Shown here one piece after another: positions 62,937-64,000 of a stretch of DNA of 64,000 nt (position 1 is its first letter; each line of letters begins with the position of its first letter). The notes under the pieces are model-generated. The model was not told the DNA's origin, did not search any database, and saw only the letters and a list, made by a program, of their open reading frames with translations. The stretch comes from an uncultured bacterium. GTDB lineage: Bacteria; Auribacterota; Erginobacteria; Erginobacterales; Erginobacteraceae. Both the position numbers and the translations under genes were made by a program. The DNA lies in NCBI GenBank assembly GCA_963822585.1, contig CAWGIE010000026.1, positions 388,994-452,993 on the forward strand, written 5' to 3'.

Positions 62937-62980
62937 GAGGGGTATCTCCCGGTTTTTTGCATATAACAGCCCATAACCTG

Positions 62981-63102
62981 ATATCATAGACTTTTTTCTA
63001 TGTATATTGGAACTTTATAGGGGAAATTTCTAATATCATAGACTTTTTTCCATGTATATTGGAATTTTATAGGGGAAATTCCAATATACATGGAAAAAAG
63101 TC
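62981..63102. repeat. 52-bp tandem duplication plus a 27-bp perfect inverted repeat between intI and attI
   Basis: ATATCATAGACTTTTTTC...GGGGAAATT twice (62981, 63033); GACTTTTTTCCATGTATATTGGAATTT / AAATTCCAATATACATGGAAAAAAGTC (63041-63102). Confidence 0.85.
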
Positions 63103-63122
63103 GGCTCAATCAATAGTTACCG
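63103..63122 (+). other. Putative attI recombination site
   Basis: CAATCAATAG|TTACCG upstream of the divergent intI and immediately before the first attC. Confidence 0.55.
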
Positions 63123-63135
63123 CCGCCTCCGGCGG

Positions 63136-63295
63136 CGGCAACGTAGAGTTGAGCTGAGCGGGGCTCTGCACTAACGATTGGTCGTCTCGCCTCCGGCGCG
63201 ACAACCAGTCGTTAGAGCAGAACTTTTTCCACCATAATCAGTCCGCTGCGCGGCCTATTATGGCAGAAAAAACTCAGCTCAACTCGGCGTTCTGC
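63136..63295 (+). other. attC site of an ORF-less first cassette
   Basis: R'' CGGCAAC, GAGTTGAGCTGAG pairing with CTCAGCTCAACTC, R' GTTCTGC. Confidence 0.75.
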
Positions 63296-63333
63296 AGAAG
63301 TAAATATTTGAACCTAATATCCGCAGATTTTTC

Positions 63334-63362
63334 TTGCGTGATAATGACATGAGAATTATGAT
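63334..63362 (+). promoter_or_regulatory. Cassette-borne promoter of the TA operon (probably leaderless)
   Basis: TTGCGT, 17 nt, TATGAT, then 6 nt to ATG 63369; no SD. Confidence 0.55.
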
Positions 63363-63368
63363 AGCATT

Positions 63369-63662
63369 ATGGAAAATATAACTTTCTCGTGGGATGAAAC
63401 AAAAAAAGCAAGAGAGAATCTCCGAAAACACGACGTTCCATTTGAGGAGGCGGTAACAGCTTTCTCAGATGAGAATGCTCGTTTGATGCATGATCCGGAG
63501 CATTCTCAGGATGAGGATCGATTCGTTCTTCTTGGCATCAGTTCAAAACTTCGCATTCTCATCATATGCCATGCTTATCGTCAAGACGAGAGAGAAATCA
63601 GAATCATCTCCGCTCGTAAAGCGGATAGAGATGAACGGAAACAATACGGGGAATTCTTATGA
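63369..63662 (+). CDS. brnT: BrnT-family toxin
   Basis: FSWDETK...NLRKHDVPFEEA, HSQDEDRF, IRIISARKA. Confidence 0.9.
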   Translation: MENITFSWDETKKARENLRKHDVPFEEAVTAFSDENARLMHDPEHSQDEDRFVLLGISSKLRILIICHAYRQDEREIRIISARKADRDERKQYGEFL

Positions 63663-63871
63663 AAAAGCATTATGATTTTACAGACTCTGTTCGGAATCCC
63701 TATGCCAAGCACCTGAAGAAACAGGTCACGCTTCGTCTAGGCACGGATGTAATCAAATACTTCAAGACATTGGCGGGTGAGACTGGGATCCCCTACCAGA
63801 ATCTGATCAATCTATACCTGAAGGAATGTGCTCACTCCGGCAAGAAACTGACCCTCAAGTGGGCATCCTAA
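63659..63871 (+). CDS. brnA: BrnA-family antitoxin
   Basis: MKKHYDF, KKQVTLRL, YFK, GIPYQNLINLYL; ATGA overlap with the toxin. Confidence 0.85.
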   Translation: MKKHYDFTDSVRNPYAKHLKKQVTLRLGTDVIKYFKTLAGETGIPYQNLINLYLKECAHSGKKLTLKWAS

Positions 63872-63877
63872 AAATCC

Positions 63878-64000
63878 GCAGAACCACTCGCTCAAGCTGA
63901 CCGGAAGGGCTGATGCAACTGTCGGACATTATTTCTTCGCCGACATTTCTTGGGATAGCATGGCTTTTTGGTCGGCCCCTTCCGGCCGCTTATCTCTCCG
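63878..64000 (+). other. attC site of the BrnTA cassette (truncated by the window end)
   Basis: R'' GCAGAAC is exactly complementary to the cassette start GTTCTGC; stem CCGGAAGGG...CCCTTCCGG. Confidence 0.8.

Overview
A 64-kb chromosomal segment of a diderm bacterium (bamD, lptE, lnt, lolC/E-lolD). The gene orders ilvE-mcsA-mcsB-clpC and bamD-lptE-holA suggest a PVC-superphylum-like lineage (inference only). Most of the window is housekeeping genes on the minus strand: murJ, holA, pgsA, rimO, ftsK, pnp-rpsO-truB-rbfA-infB-nusA, proS, clpC-mcsB-mcsA, lysS, prfB with its +1 frameshift, secA, hppA, tRNA-Leu(GAG) and an opp/dpp ABC operon. The right end holds a chromosomal integron: an intI with an internal amber codon, attI, an ORF-less first cassette and a BrnT/BrnA cassette. 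The unusual signal is in the intergenic DNA. (1) About 12 loci carry a modular, same-orientation element: a tetranucleotide (GAAC/CAAG/TAAA/CCAG/CGAG), a TTAGC hairpin, a variable long stem, then TTGAAATTCCGAAACAG. Units often sit head-to-tail, often 2-4 nt from a start codon, and have DNA-type GNA triloops. The ends resemble IS91-family rolling-circle ori/ter ends. (2) Tiny palindromes of 20-30 nt are inserted into these elements and into a decayed tRNA-Leu duplicate. (3) A GxxExxY nuclease-like gene sits inside inverted 60-bp repeat arrays that start exactly at TAG stop codons. (4) 7- and 8-mer tandem-repeat hairpins occupy several gene junctions. No searches were run; all family assignments are by motif recognition.
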